DNA from: an uncultured Alphaproteobacteria bacterium
GTDB lineage: Bacteria; Pseudomonadota; Alphaproteobacteria; Rs-D84
Reading direction: 5' to 3'
Length of the DNA: 64,000 nucleotides
Assembly: GCA_944389185.1 (NCBI GenBank)
Contig: CALXLL010000001.1
Location: 24,061-88,060, forward strand
Shown here: positions 48,427-57,134 of the stretch, piece after piece
Numbering within the stretch: the stretch's first letter is position 1
How the letters are laid out: the number at the start of each line of letters is the position of its first letter
Notes under the pieces: model-generated
Told to the model about the DNA's origin: nothing
What the model saw: the letters and a program-made list of their open reading frames with translations, nothing else
Database searches by the model: none
Position numbers and translations under genes: made by a program

Positions 48427-49168
48427 GTCAAAAAAAGAAATTCGCACAAAGTTAAAGCAAGTGAAAAAAGATAAGCATGCTTCAAGATTGCTTCGTATAT
48501 TAAGAGCAACAGGGCTTTTTCGTTGGGAACGTCCTTCAACTAAATCAGAAGAAGTTTTGAACATTTTGACGCACGGTATTGGTATAGGTTTGGCTATTGC
48601 AGGTTTAACTTTGCTTGTCGTGTTTGCTTCTTTGAAGGGTGATCCTTGGGCTATCGTATCTTGCGCTATTTTCGGTCTTACCATGTTTACTTTGTATTTC
48701 GGGTCTACAATGTGTCATGCAACAATCGGAAAAAAGAGCGAATGTTTCTTTGAGGTTTGGGATAGCGCTGCTATCTATGCGTTGATAGCCGGCACATACA
48801 CGCCTTTTTTACTTGTTAATCTAAGAGGTGCTTTGGGGTGGACAGTGTTCGGTATTTTATGGGCTATCGTTATATTCGGTTCTATTATGAAAATGCGCAG
48901 CCCAAAGCAACAACCAAAGTGGATGGTGCTTTTATATCTTATTATGGGGTGGACTTTGATCTTTATTTTACCCGCTATGTTAAAAGCAATACCTGCGCGC
49001 GGTTTATGGTTCATCTTGGCAGGCGGTTTGTCTTATACTATCGGAGTCATTTTCTATGTATGGCGTAAAATGAAGTATTCTCACGTAATTTGGCACTTGT
49101 TCGTTATTGCCGGCAGCGTTTGTTTCTTTTTCGCCGTTTTGTTCGGTTGCGTAATAGACGTAATATAA
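48419..49168 (+). CDS. Hemolysin III / PAQR family membrane protein
   Basis: EEVLNILTHG, S..CH, D.AAIY.LIAGTYTP, GG..YT.G, HVIWHLFV. Confidence 0.92.
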   Translation: MVKSKKEIRTKLKQVKKDKHASRLLRILRATGLFRWERPSTKSEEVLNILTHGIGIGLAIAGLTLLVVFASLKGDPWAIVSCAIFGLTMFTLYFGSTMCHATIGKKSECFFEVWDSAAIYALIAGTYTPFLLVNLRGALGWTVFGILWAIVIFGSIMKMRSPKQQPKWMVLLYLIMGWTLIFILPAMLKAIPARGLWFILAGGLSYTIGVIFYVWRKMKYSHVIWHLFVIAGSVCFFFAVLFGCVIDVI

Positions 49169-49170
49169 GA

Positions 49171-49199
49171 TTGACTTAGCGACTTTTTGGTATTAATAT
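49171..49199 (+). promoter_or_regulatory. sigma70-type promoter for the thrS leader
   Basis: TTGACT (49171-49176), 17 nt, TAATAT (49194-49199). Confidence 0.7.
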
Positions 49200-49209
49200 A
49201 AAGCTTGTT

Positions 49210-49269
49210 ATGAATTATTTTTGTAAGATTTTCTTTATAACTAATACCACAACCCCTTTGGGGGTATAG
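49210..49269 (+). CDS. Putative thrS leader peptide MNYFCKIFFITNTTTPLGV
   Basis: 19-codon ORF with ACT AAT ACC ACA ACC, ending 78 nt before the thrS ATG; overlaps ACCCC-TTTG-GGGGT hairpin. Confidence 0.75.
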   Translation: MNYFCKIFFITNTTTPLGV

Positions 49270-49347
49270 TTTCTATTTGCGATTGTTCGCGCTCTTTTAT
49301 ATAATCTGTTTAATTAAAAAAATAATAACAATAAAAGGATTTTTATT

Positions 49348-51081
49348 ATGTCTTATCCAATTGAAATGATGCGTCATTCTCTGGCTCATGTTATGGCGGC
49401 CGCCGTTCAAAAATTATTCCCAGATGTTAAGTTCGCAGGTGGACCTGCTATCGAAAATGGTTTCTATTATGACTTTGATACAGAACACCGCTTTTCAGAA
49501 GAAGATTTCGATAAAATTGAAAAGGAAATGCGCGATTTGATAAAGTCTAATGGACGATTTGAACAAAGAAACGTTAGCCTGGAAGAAGCAAAAGAAATAT
49601 TCGCTAATCAACCTTATAAAATGGAGTGGTTGAACGAATATGATGCAGCAGGTGAAGCCTTATCGATATATACTTTTCGTGATTTCGTTGATTTATGTCG
49701 CGGACCGCACGTCGAATCTTCGAAAGATTTACCAAAAGACGGTTTCAAAATTAAAACTGTTGCTGGAGCTTATTGGAAGGGTGACTCTAAAAATAAAATG
49801 CTGCAACGTATTTATGTAGATGCTTTCGCAAGCGCAGAAGAATTACAAGAACATCTTAAAATGATGGAAGAAGCCGCAAACCGCGATAACAGAAAACTGG
49901 GTAAAGAAATGGATTTATTCCATTTTGAACCTGATTATGCTCCGGGTGCCGTTTTCTGGCATGATAAAGGTTATAGAATCTATCGTCGTTTAATAGATTA
50001 TATCCGTATGCGCCAAGAAAAAGCAGGTTATCTGGAAATATCTACACCTTCTGTTATGGATAGGTCTTTGTGGGAACGTAGCGGTCACTGGGCTAAATAT
50101 GGCGAGCATAATTATTCCGGTAAAACCCAAGACGGTAAAACTTTCTGTGTAAAACCTATGTCTTGTCCCGGTGGAATGCTGGTGTTTAGACAAGGTATTA
50201 AGTCTTATAAAGATTTACCTATGTATCTTGCCGAATTCGGCAAAGTAAATCGTTACGAGGCTGCTGGCGGTTTGTCTGGGCTTATGCGCGTGCGTGAGTT
50301 TACTCAGGACGACGCTCACATATTTTGCACAGAAGAACAATTAGAAGAAGAAGTAGTTAAAGTTTTGCGCTTTATCAAAGATATTTATAGTAAGTTCGGA
50401 TTCGATAAAATATCTATGAAACTGGCAACAAGAAAAGAGTCCGAATTCCGTATCGGTTCAGATGAAATATGGGATAAAGCTGAAGGCGCGTTAAAGCATG
50501 CTTTGGATGCAAACGGTATCGAATATGAAATTGCCGAAGGTGACGCCGCTTTTTATGGACCAAAGATTGATAATTACTTGAAAGATTCTATGGGGCGCGT
50601 ATGGCAGTGCGGAACGGTGCAGTTAGATATGAATCTTCCTGAAAGATTTGACTTATCTTATATCGGGGAAGACGGAGAAAAACATCGTCCGATTATGTTG
50701 CACCGTGCTATGCTGGGGTCAATAGAACGTTTTATGGGGATTTTGCTAGAATCAACAGGTGGTAATTTACCTTTGTGGTTGTCACCAGAACCTGTAGTAG
50801 TAGTTCCTGTCTCCGAAAGATTTAAGGATTATGCAGAAGAAGTAGTTAATTCTTTGGAAGAGGTCGGTGTTAAATGTCATGCTGACTTGCGCGACGAAAA
50901 GGTTAACTATAAAATCCGTGAATTATCTTTATCTAAAACACCGATTATAGCCGTGGTCGGTGAAAAAGAAATGACAGATAAAAACGTAACTTTGCGTTAT
51001 CTTGGACAAGAAAAACAAGAAGTTATGCCTTTGGCTGATTTCGTAGAGAAAATGAAAAACGAAGTAAAAATGCCGAAGTAA
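49348..51081 (+). CDS. thrS: Threonyl-tRNA synthetase (no N-terminal TGS domain)
   Basis: RHSLAH, DLCRGPH, KPMSCPG, GLMRVREFTQDDAHIF, AFYGPK, HRAMLGSIERF. Confidence 0.98.
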   Translation: MSYPIEMMRHSLAHVMAAAVQKLFPDVKFAGGPAIENGFYYDFDTEHRFSEEDFDKIEKEMRDLIKSNGRFEQRNVSLEEAKEIFANQPYKMEWLNEYDAAGEALSIYTFRDFVDLCRGPHVESSKDLPKDGFKIKTVAGAYWKGDSKNKMLQRIYVDAFASAEELQEHLKMMEEAANRDNRKLGKEMDLFHFEPDYAPGAVFWHDKGYRIYRRLIDYIRMRQEKAGYLEISTPSVMDRSLWERSGHWAKYGEHNYSGKTQDGKTFCVKPMSCPGGMLVFRQGIKSYKDLPMYLAEFGKVNRYEAAGGLSGLMRVREFTQDDAHIFCTEEQLEEEVVKVLRFIKDIYSKFGFDKISMKLATRKESEFRIGSDEIWDKAEGALKHALDANGIEYEIAEGDAAFYGPKIDNYLKDSMGRVWQCGTVQLDMNLPERFDLSYIGEDGEKHRPIMLHRAMLGSIERFMGILLESTGGNLPLWLSPEPVVVVPVSERFKDYAEEVVNSLEEVGVKCHADLRDEKVNYKIRELSLSKTPIIAVVGEKEMTDKNVTLRYLGQEKQEVMPLADFVEKMKNEVKMPK

Positions 51082-51085
51082 TAAA

Positions 51086-51118
51086 CCGGTGTGCCTATCT
51101 TGGCACACCGTATATTTA
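51086..51118 (+). terminator. Hairpin / probable terminator after thrS
   Basis: CGGTGTGCC-TATCTT-GGCACACCG followed by TATATTT. Confidence 0.6.
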
Positions 51119-51133
51119 TAAAGGAAGGAATAT

Positions 51134-51277
51134 ATGAAAAAAGTATTTTTTGCGCTGGTTTTGTTATCTGTGCCTGTGGTTTTGGCTTCGTGTGCAAAAC
51201 AATGCGAAACAGAACCAATCGTTGAAGAAAATCATAAACTTATCGTGCCACCAAACTTTGGGCAAATGCCTAAATAA
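51134..51277 (+). CDS. Small lipoprotein (47 aa), DUF3035-like; not in ORF track
   Basis: MKKVFFALVLLSVPVVLASCAKQCETEPIVEENHKLIVPPNFGQMPK; AAGGAAGG RBS; lipobox LASC. Confidence 0.8.
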   Translation: MKKVFFALVLLSVPVVLASCAKQCETEPIVEENHKLIVPPNFGQMPK

Positions 51278-51365
51278 AAAGGCATAAAAAAATTACGAGA
51301 TATTCTTTGTTATTAGCCTTTTTTATGATATAATAGGCATATACATAAGAAATTGGAGGCATCAG

Positions 51366-52181
51366 ATGAATAACGATGACAACTTGGATTTACTAGATTT
51401 AGACGACGGGACATCAATGGATAGTTTACCTGATGCTGTTCCTTTTAATGCGCCAAGACCTAAAAAACCTTGGTTGTTATTAGGGTTGGGTGCTGTAATT
51501 ATAATTCTTGCTACTTATATCATAATCAGCACGATACGTGACGATTCTTCGTCTTCTATGGAAGTAGATTTAGATGCTCCAATTGTTCTAACAGAAGAAC
51601 AGCAAGTTCCTGTACCTGTTGATACTGTGGAAGTTAAAAACGTAGAAATACAGAAAGCAGAACCTATTGTCGTTCCGGCAAAAAAATCTGTGCCGGAAGT
51701 AGAAAAAGTTGCAGAAAAACCAGTTCAAAAGACTTCTGTAAAGCCCGTTGTAAAACAAGAACCAAAAGAAGAACCTGTTAAAGCTTCTGCAGGTGTTCCT
51801 GTAAGGGTTATAGAAGATAGAAAAGAAGTCACTTTTAATCCTGAAAAAGAAACTGTTCAGCAACCAGTCAGGAAACAACAAACAAAACCTGTGGCAACAA
51901 ATCAGGCTAAAAAGCAAGTAAGTCAGGCACCGGCTAAATCTAATTGGTATGTTCAGTTCGGGTCTTACAGCACAAGGGCTTTGGCGGAATCTGCTGAAAA
52001 GAAAATAAGGGCAGGTCATCAATCTCTGTTTTCTGGTAAGCAATTCGTTATATTGGCCGCCGTCTTGCCAAATGGGAATACAACATACAGATTACGTATC
52101 GGATTTACAACTTCAAACGAGGCAAATGGTTTTTGCAGAAATGCAAAGTCTGATGGCGTAGATTGTTATGTGGCAAAATAA
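51366..52181 (+). CDS. SPOR domain cell-division protein (FtsN/DamX-like)
   Basis: Single TM, Pro/Lys/Glu-rich linker, SPOR domain WYVQFGSYS...YRLRIG...FC...C. Confidence 0.88.
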   Translation: MNNDDNLDLLDLDDGTSMDSLPDAVPFNAPRPKKPWLLLGLGAVIIILATYIIISTIRDDSSSSMEVDLDAPIVLTEEQQVPVPVDTVEVKNVEIQKAEPIVVPAKKSVPEVEKVAEKPVQKTSVKPVVKQEPKEEPVKASAGVPVRVIEDRKEVTFNPEKETVQQPVRKQQTKPVATNQAKKQVSQAPAKSNWYVQFGSYSTRALAESAEKKIRAGHQSLFSGKQFVILAAVLPNGNTTYRLRIGFTTSNEANGFCRNAKSDGVDCYVAK

Positions 52182-52201
52182 TATAAAAAAGGAATTATAA
52201 C

Positions 52202-52396
52202 ATGTTTGGACGTTTTGGTTGGGCCGAAATACTTGTTATTGTCGTGTTGGTTTTGATTTTATTTGGGCATAATAAAATACCGGGCATGATGAAAAACTTA
52301 GCTAATGGCATAAATATTTTTAAAAAAGAGATTAAAAACCCAGAAGCTAAAAAAGCTCAAAAAGGGGATAAAAAGAAATCTGTAAAAAAGAAATAA
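52202..52396 (+). CDS. tatA: Twin-arginine translocase TatA
   Basis: GWAEILVIVVLVLILFG..KIP...GINIFKK. Confidence 0.92.
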   Translation: MFGRFGWAEILVIVVLVLILFGHNKIPGMMKNLANGINIFKKEIKNPEAKKAQKGDKKKSVKKK

Positions 52397-52458
52397 TTCT
52401 TGCTTCTTGAAACATAAATAATGGGAGTATTACAGGTTTATTATTTTCCTGGTTTATA

Positions 52459-52485
52459 AAAAAAACGGCGTTTGCCGTTTTTTTT
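52459..52485. terminator. Bidirectional intrinsic terminator
   Basis: A-tract CGGC-GTTT-GCCG T-tract between tatA and dksA. Confidence 0.75.
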
Positions 52486-52491
52486 TATTTA

Positions 52492-52923
52492 TTATTTATT
52501 CCTCATTTCGTGTTCTTCTTGCTCTTCAATAGTCATGGTCGCTAATGGGCGAGCAAGCATTCTTGATAAACCGATTTCTTCACCAGATACAACACTATAA
52601 CCAAATGTCCCGTTTTCTATTCTTTCCAGTGCGGCATTTATTTTCTTTAATAAATTATTGTCGCGCTCGGACATACGTAAGTCCATGGTTATATCTTGTT
52701 CAAAACTTGCATTGTCTTGTTCGTCGCCAACACCTGCTGTTTGCGCTTTTTCACCAAGCCTTACGGCGTTTAATACATCGGATTTATCGTGTAATATCTC
52801 TTCTTTTTGCCCGTTTAATAGCTTGTAAAAATAAGCCAATTGTTCAGGGCACATATATGGTTCAGACTTTTTTGGAACATACTTTTCCGGTAGTTCTATA
52901 TCTTTATAGTTCTTTGCTGCCAT
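52492..52923 (-). CDS. dksA: RNA polymerase-binding factor DksA
   Basis: EPYM...QLAYF, DxxDxA tip (DEQDNA), LLKKINAALERI..GTFGY...GEEIGLSR..ARP. Confidence 0.92.
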   Translation of the reverse strand: MAAKNYKDIELPEKYVPKKSEPYMCPEQLAYFYKLLNGQKEEILHDKSDVLNAVRLGEKAQTAGVGDEQDNASFEQDITMDLRMSERDNNLLKKINAALERIENGTFGYSVVSGEEIGLSRMLARPLATMTIEEQEEHEMRNK

Positions 52924-52924
52924 A

Positions 52925-53245
52925 TTAGGCTCCTTTTAATTCTCTTATCCAATCTGATAGAGTCTCTTCATCCATAAGTCCTGTCCGAGCCTCTATAAGT
53001 TCACCGTTTCTAAATGCAAGTATACTTGGAATACTTCTTATTCCATACTTTGCCGGAGTGCGACGGTTCGATTCATCAATTTCAAATTTTACAAATTTTA
53101 CATCAGGTATTTTTTCCGAAACCGATTCAAATATTGGACCGAACATACGGCATGGACCACACCAAGATGCCCAGAAATCGACCAAGGATATACCGTCTTT
53201 TATCATTTCTTCAAATGTAGAATCGTTTGCGTGTTGTAAAGACAT
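52925..53245 (-). CDS. trxA: Thioredoxin
   Basis: Start MSLQHAN at 53245; VDFWASWCGPC, YGIRSIP. Confidence 0.96.
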   Translation of the reverse strand: MSLQHANDSTFEEMIKDGISLVDFWASWCGPCRMFGPIFESVSEKIPDVKFVKFEIDESNRRTPAKYGIRSIPSILAFRNGELIEARTGLMDEETLSDWIRELKGA

Positions 53246-53318
53246 CTTTTTCTCCTTCGTTATTGATATTTTGAAAGAGTTTATTATAATCAAAGCAAAA
53301 TGCAAGAGAAATAATAAA

Positions 53319-54461
53319 ATGAATAATATCATATATTTAGATGCTGCAGCGTCAAGTTTGAAACCGGTTTCGGTTATAGATGCAGAAATGAATTTTCTTC
53401 GTAATTCATATTCAAATGCTGGTCGTGGCGTTTGTGCGCGTGCAGGTAAGGTTGATGAAGCTGTTGATAGCGCACGTAAAAAAGTTGCCGATTTTATAGG
53501 TGCTTCTTCACCGAAGCAAATAGTGTTTACTTCCGGAACAACAGACGGAATGAATAGAATAGCAAAAATAATAGACGACCCGGTTTGTGGCAAATCTTTG
53601 AAAAGTAAAACTATAATGGTATCGGACTTAGACCACCATTCCGCGCGCTTACCATTCGAGGTTTTATCTGATTCTATCGGTTGTAAAATTATTCTTTGTC
53701 CGATGGATAGCAGTTATAACTTATCGTCTTCAGATATTCCTAGGGCGGATGTTTTCGTAATAACAGCAATGTCTAACGTCCTTGGCGTTGCACAAGATGT
53801 GGCAAGTTTAATTTCTGCCGCACGTGAAAAAAATCCAGACGTTATCACTGTTGTAGATGCTGCGCAATATGTAGTGCACGAAAAAATTGATGTGCAAAAA
53901 TGGGATTGTGATTTTTTATGTTTTTCTGCGCATAAAATAGGGGCTGATACAGGATTGGGGGTTATGTATATAAAAGAACCTAATCGTTGGATAGCACCAG
54001 ATAAATTTGGCGGTGGTATGGTATCTAGAATAACGGGTAGTGCAGCAATTGGTAATTATTCTATTCAATGGGAGCCTGTTCCTGCTAAATTTGAAGCGGG
54101 AACTTTACCTGTAACGCAGATTATCGGTTTACCAGCGGCCATAGATTATATTGAAAAACATAGACCTAATTTGGAATTGATAAAGTATTTGTATGATAGA
54201 TTATCAAAAAACGAAAATATTCAAATTATTACAGAACGTGATTCTTCTATGTTTACATTCGTTCCAAAAAATATGCACGTTTTAGATTTCGGCGTAATGG
54301 CTGGAACAATGGGTTTGTGTTTGCGCGTTGGTAATATGTGCGCTTCGTGGATTCATAATTTGCTTGGATTGAAAGGGTCGGTCAGGATTTCTGTCGGACC
54401 TTGGAACTCTATGACGGATATTCAAAAAGCAGCTTATATTATAGAAGGTATAATTAAGTAA
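53319..54461 (+). CDS. sufS: Cysteine desulfurase, SufS-like
   Basis: Start MNNIIYLDAAA at 53319; DHHS, DAAQ, SAHK (PLP Lys), FEAGT, RVGNMCA. Confidence 0.88.
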   Translation: MNNIIYLDAAASSLKPVSVIDAEMNFLRNSYSNAGRGVCARAGKVDEAVDSARKKVADFIGASSPKQIVFTSGTTDGMNRIAKIIDDPVCGKSLKSKTIMVSDLDHHSARLPFEVLSDSIGCKIILCPMDSSYNLSSSDIPRADVFVITAMSNVLGVAQDVASLISAAREKNPDVITVVDAAQYVVHEKIDVQKWDCDFLCFSAHKIGADTGLGVMYIKEPNRWIAPDKFGGGMVSRITGSAAIGNYSIQWEPVPAKFEAGTLPVTQIIGLPAAIDYIEKHRPNLELIKYLYDRLSKNENIQIITERDSSMFTFVPKNMHVLDFGVMAGTMGLCLRVGNMCASWIHNLLGLKGSVRISVGPWNSMTDIQKAAYIIEGIIK

Positions 54462-54769
54462 TGAATAAAGATGTTGTTATAGAAGCTTTAAAGTCTGTAT
54501 ATGACCCAGAAATACCAGTTAATATATGGGACTTAGGCTTGGTTTATGATATAAAAATAACTGAAAAAGAAATAGACTTAAAGATGACTTTTACAAGTCC
54601 AACTTGCCCCATGATGGAAGAGTTGTTAGAGCAGGTAAAAAATACCGTGTCTTCGGCAACTGGTGGTTTATCAGTAAAAGTTGATTTAGTATGGGACCCA
54701 CCTTGGGATTTATCTAAGATGTCAGATGCGGCAAGAATTGAATTAGACTTAACTGAAAGTGGTTGGTAA
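54461..54769 (+). CDS. SufT / DUF59 Fe-S assembly protein
   Basis: VYDPEIPVNIWDLGLVY, TSPTCP, VWDPPW. Confidence 0.92.
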   Translation: MNKDVVIEALKSVYDPEIPVNIWDLGLVYDIKITEKEIDLKMTFTSPTCPMMEELLEQVKNTVSSATGGLSVKVDLVWDPPWDLSKMSDAARIELDLTESGW

Positions 54770-54770
54770 A

Positions 54771-55133
54771 ATGACGTATCAAGAAATGAAATCTTTATTA
54801 AATAGCGTTGACAATCCAATAGAAAAACTGGAAATGGTTATGGATTTCGGTAAAGATTTATTGCCTGTTCCGGTTAATGCAAAATGCGCTGAAATAATAG
54901 GTTGCTCTTCTTTTGTAGAGATTTGTCGGGTTGGAAATAATTTTTTCGCCAAAGCCGATTCGGCTTTGGTTCGCGGAATAGTCGCAATAATAATTTCTAT
55001 GGTTAACGGTAAATCAGTTCAAGATATAAAAAAAATGGATTTAAGAAAAGAATTCAATACACTGAATCTGAACTTAGGGGCAAGTCGCTTAAACGGCGTA
55101 AACTCTATGATTAGTTTTTTAGAAAATTTATGA
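54771..55133 (+). CDS. sufE: SufE sulfur-acceptor protein
   Basis: IIGCSS, ADSALVRG, SRLNG. Confidence 0.88.
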   Translation: MTYQEMKSLLNSVDNPIEKLEMVMDFGKDLLPVPVNAKCAEIIGCSSFVEICRVGNNFFAKADSALVRGIVAIIISMVNGKSVQDIKKMDLRKEFNTLNLNLGASRLNGVNSMISFLENL

Positions 55134-55164
55134 TAAACTTATATATTGGATGTAAGGGATAGGA

Positions 55165-55461
55165 ATGAGCGAAGATCAAAAAATGTTCCAAATAGGTGCT
55201 TGGGCGCTGGGAATAGTTTTTGTTTTAATGATAGGTTTGCAAGTGGGATACAGAACACAGCGTCGTTCTATTAGCCGTGTCGCAAACGATATTGTAAAAA
55301 CTCAACAGGAAATAGCCATTGCGCAGGCCAATTTTGCTTCTTTCGTCAGACCAGAAGTATTAAGAAACTCTGTTTTAATGATTGCACCAAAATCAGAAAC
55401 CGTCAGCTTTCATAAATCTGTTCTGGTTTCACAATTGCCAGATAAAAAACTTGATGAATAA
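55165..55461 (+). CDS. ftsL: Cell division protein FtsL-like
   Basis: One TM, coiled coil, RPE motif; immediately upstream of a class B PBP. Confidence 0.7.
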   Translation: MSEDQKMFQIGAWALGIVFVLMIGLQVGYRTQRRSISRVANDIVKTQQEIAIAQANFASFVRPEVLRNSVLMIAPKSETVSFHKSVLVSQLPDKKLDE

Positions 55462-55463
55462 AT

Positions 55464-57092
55464 ATGTATGAAGTAGGAACTGATATTTTTCGTAACGGTT
55501 TTAAAGGCGCTGTTAATAACGTGACAGGGCACGGCAGATTGCGTTTTATTTATGGCGTGTTTTTAGTAGCTTTTATAATTTTTGCCGGACGAACTTTGTG
55601 GTTAGGGGTCCAGGGAATTGATAAATCAAGAATAGGAACAGGAAGTGATGCTTGGATAGTTAGCAGGGCTGATATCGTTGATAGAAACGGTGATATATTA
55701 GCTAAAAATGTTATGTCTGGACATATAACTTTACATCCGCAAAAAATTCAGGATAAAGAAAAAGCGGCTGGCATTATCCACCAAGTTTTACCTGTTCAAT
55801 ATTCTTTATCAGATGCCTTAAAATTAGTTAATTCTTCTAGACGATTCGTTTATGTTAAAAAGTATGCTACGGATAAAGAAAGGCAAGCTATTAAAAACGC
55901 AAAAATCGTCGGCTTGGAAATAGAAAATATTCAAACCAGAAGATACCCAAAACGAAGATTGTTTGCGCATGCCGTCGGCTTCGTAGGTGCAAATGGAAAT
56001 GGTTTAGAAGGGGCAGAAAGAATATATAATGATTATTTGATTGAAAATACAGACCCTTTAGTATTATCACTGGATTCAAGAATACAGTCTGTGTTTTATG
56101 AACAACTGTCCGCTGCAATGCAGAAATACGAAGCAAAAGCCGCTATGGGTTTGCTTATGAATTCGCGGACTGGTGAAATGATTGCTATGGTTTCTTTACC
56201 AGATTTTGACCCCGAAAATCTATCTTTAGATTCTTCCGCAAATCGTCTTTTTAAGCCTTTAAGAAGCGTTTATGAAATGGGGTCTATATTCAAAATATTT
56301 AATACCGCAATGGCGATAGAAAACGGAATAGGAGATAAGTCTTACTATATAGCAGAACCTTTCATAATACCTGATAAATTCGGCAGACCAGCCGCAAAAA
56401 TATCAGATATAAGAAGCTTTAAACCACCAAGACCGGAACTTAACGTTGAAGAAATTATGGCTTATTCTTGTAACGTCGGAAGCGCCCAAATTGCATTAGA
56501 TTTGCCAGACGGAACTCAGCAAGAGTTCTTTCATAGACTTCATATGGATGATGCGCTGGATTTAGAATTCGGACGTTCCGAAAAACCGCTTTGGCCACAA
56601 AAATGGGGGCCCGTTGAAAGAGCTACGGTTTCTTATGGACACGGTATTTCTGTTTCCCCGATTCATTTAATGTTGGCTGTGAATGCCGTTTCTAATGGTG
56701 GAATATATATATATCCTACTTTGCTTAAACGGTCCGTAGGTGTCGTTGAAGGTGAAAGAGTTTTATCAAGTGAAATATCTGAAAAATTAAGAAGTATAAT
56801 GTTTCGGGTGGCAGAAGAAACAAGCGGTAAGCAGGCAAGAGTTGCAGGTATTAAAATAGGCGGAAAAACCGCCACCGCAGAAAAATATACAAATAGGCGC
56901 GTAGATCATAGAAGAAATCTTACTTCTTTTATAGGCGTTTTCCCTATTAACGCACCGCAATACGTAATTTTAGTCGTATTAGATGAACCCAAAGCAACTA
57001 AAGAATCTTCTTACGTCAGAACAGCTGCTTATAATGCCGTCCCAACAACAGGTAAAATACTTGATAGTATACTGCCGTTGCTATTTGAATAA
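55464..57092 (+). CDS. ftsI: Class B penicillin-binding protein FtsI/PBP3
   Basis: RADIVDRNG, RRYP, GLEG, SxxK (SIFK), SCN, KTA. Confidence 0.9.
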   Translation: MYEVGTDIFRNGFKGAVNNVTGHGRLRFIYGVFLVAFIIFAGRTLWLGVQGIDKSRIGTGSDAWIVSRADIVDRNGDILAKNVMSGHITLHPQKIQDKEKAAGIIHQVLPVQYSLSDALKLVNSSRRFVYVKKYATDKERQAIKNAKIVGLEIENIQTRRYPKRRLFAHAVGFVGANGNGLEGAERIYNDYLIENTDPLVLSLDSRIQSVFYEQLSAAMQKYEAKAAMGLLMNSRTGEMIAMVSLPDFDPENLSLDSSANRLFKPLRSVYEMGSIFKIFNTAMAIENGIGDKSYYIAEPFIIPDKFGRPAAKISDIRSFKPPRPELNVEEIMAYSCNVGSAQIALDLPDGTQQEFFHRLHMDDALDLEFGRSEKPLWPQKWGPVERATVSYGHGISVSPIHLMLAVNAVSNGGIYIYPTLLKRSVGVVEGERVLSSEISEKLRSIMFRVAEETSGKQARVAGIKIGGKTATAEKYTNRRVDHRRNLTSFIGVFPINAPQYVILVVLDEPKATKESSYVRTAAYNAVPTTGKILDSILPLLFE

Positions 57093-57134
57093 TTTTCTAT
57101 TATAATAATTCTTGATAATAAAAAAGAGTAAAGA

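Noticed and set aside
53058-53593. Apparent long overlap between trxA and sufS ORFs
   Set aside because: Artefact of longest-ORF calling; true starts at 53245 (-) and 53319 (+) are divergent and do not overlap
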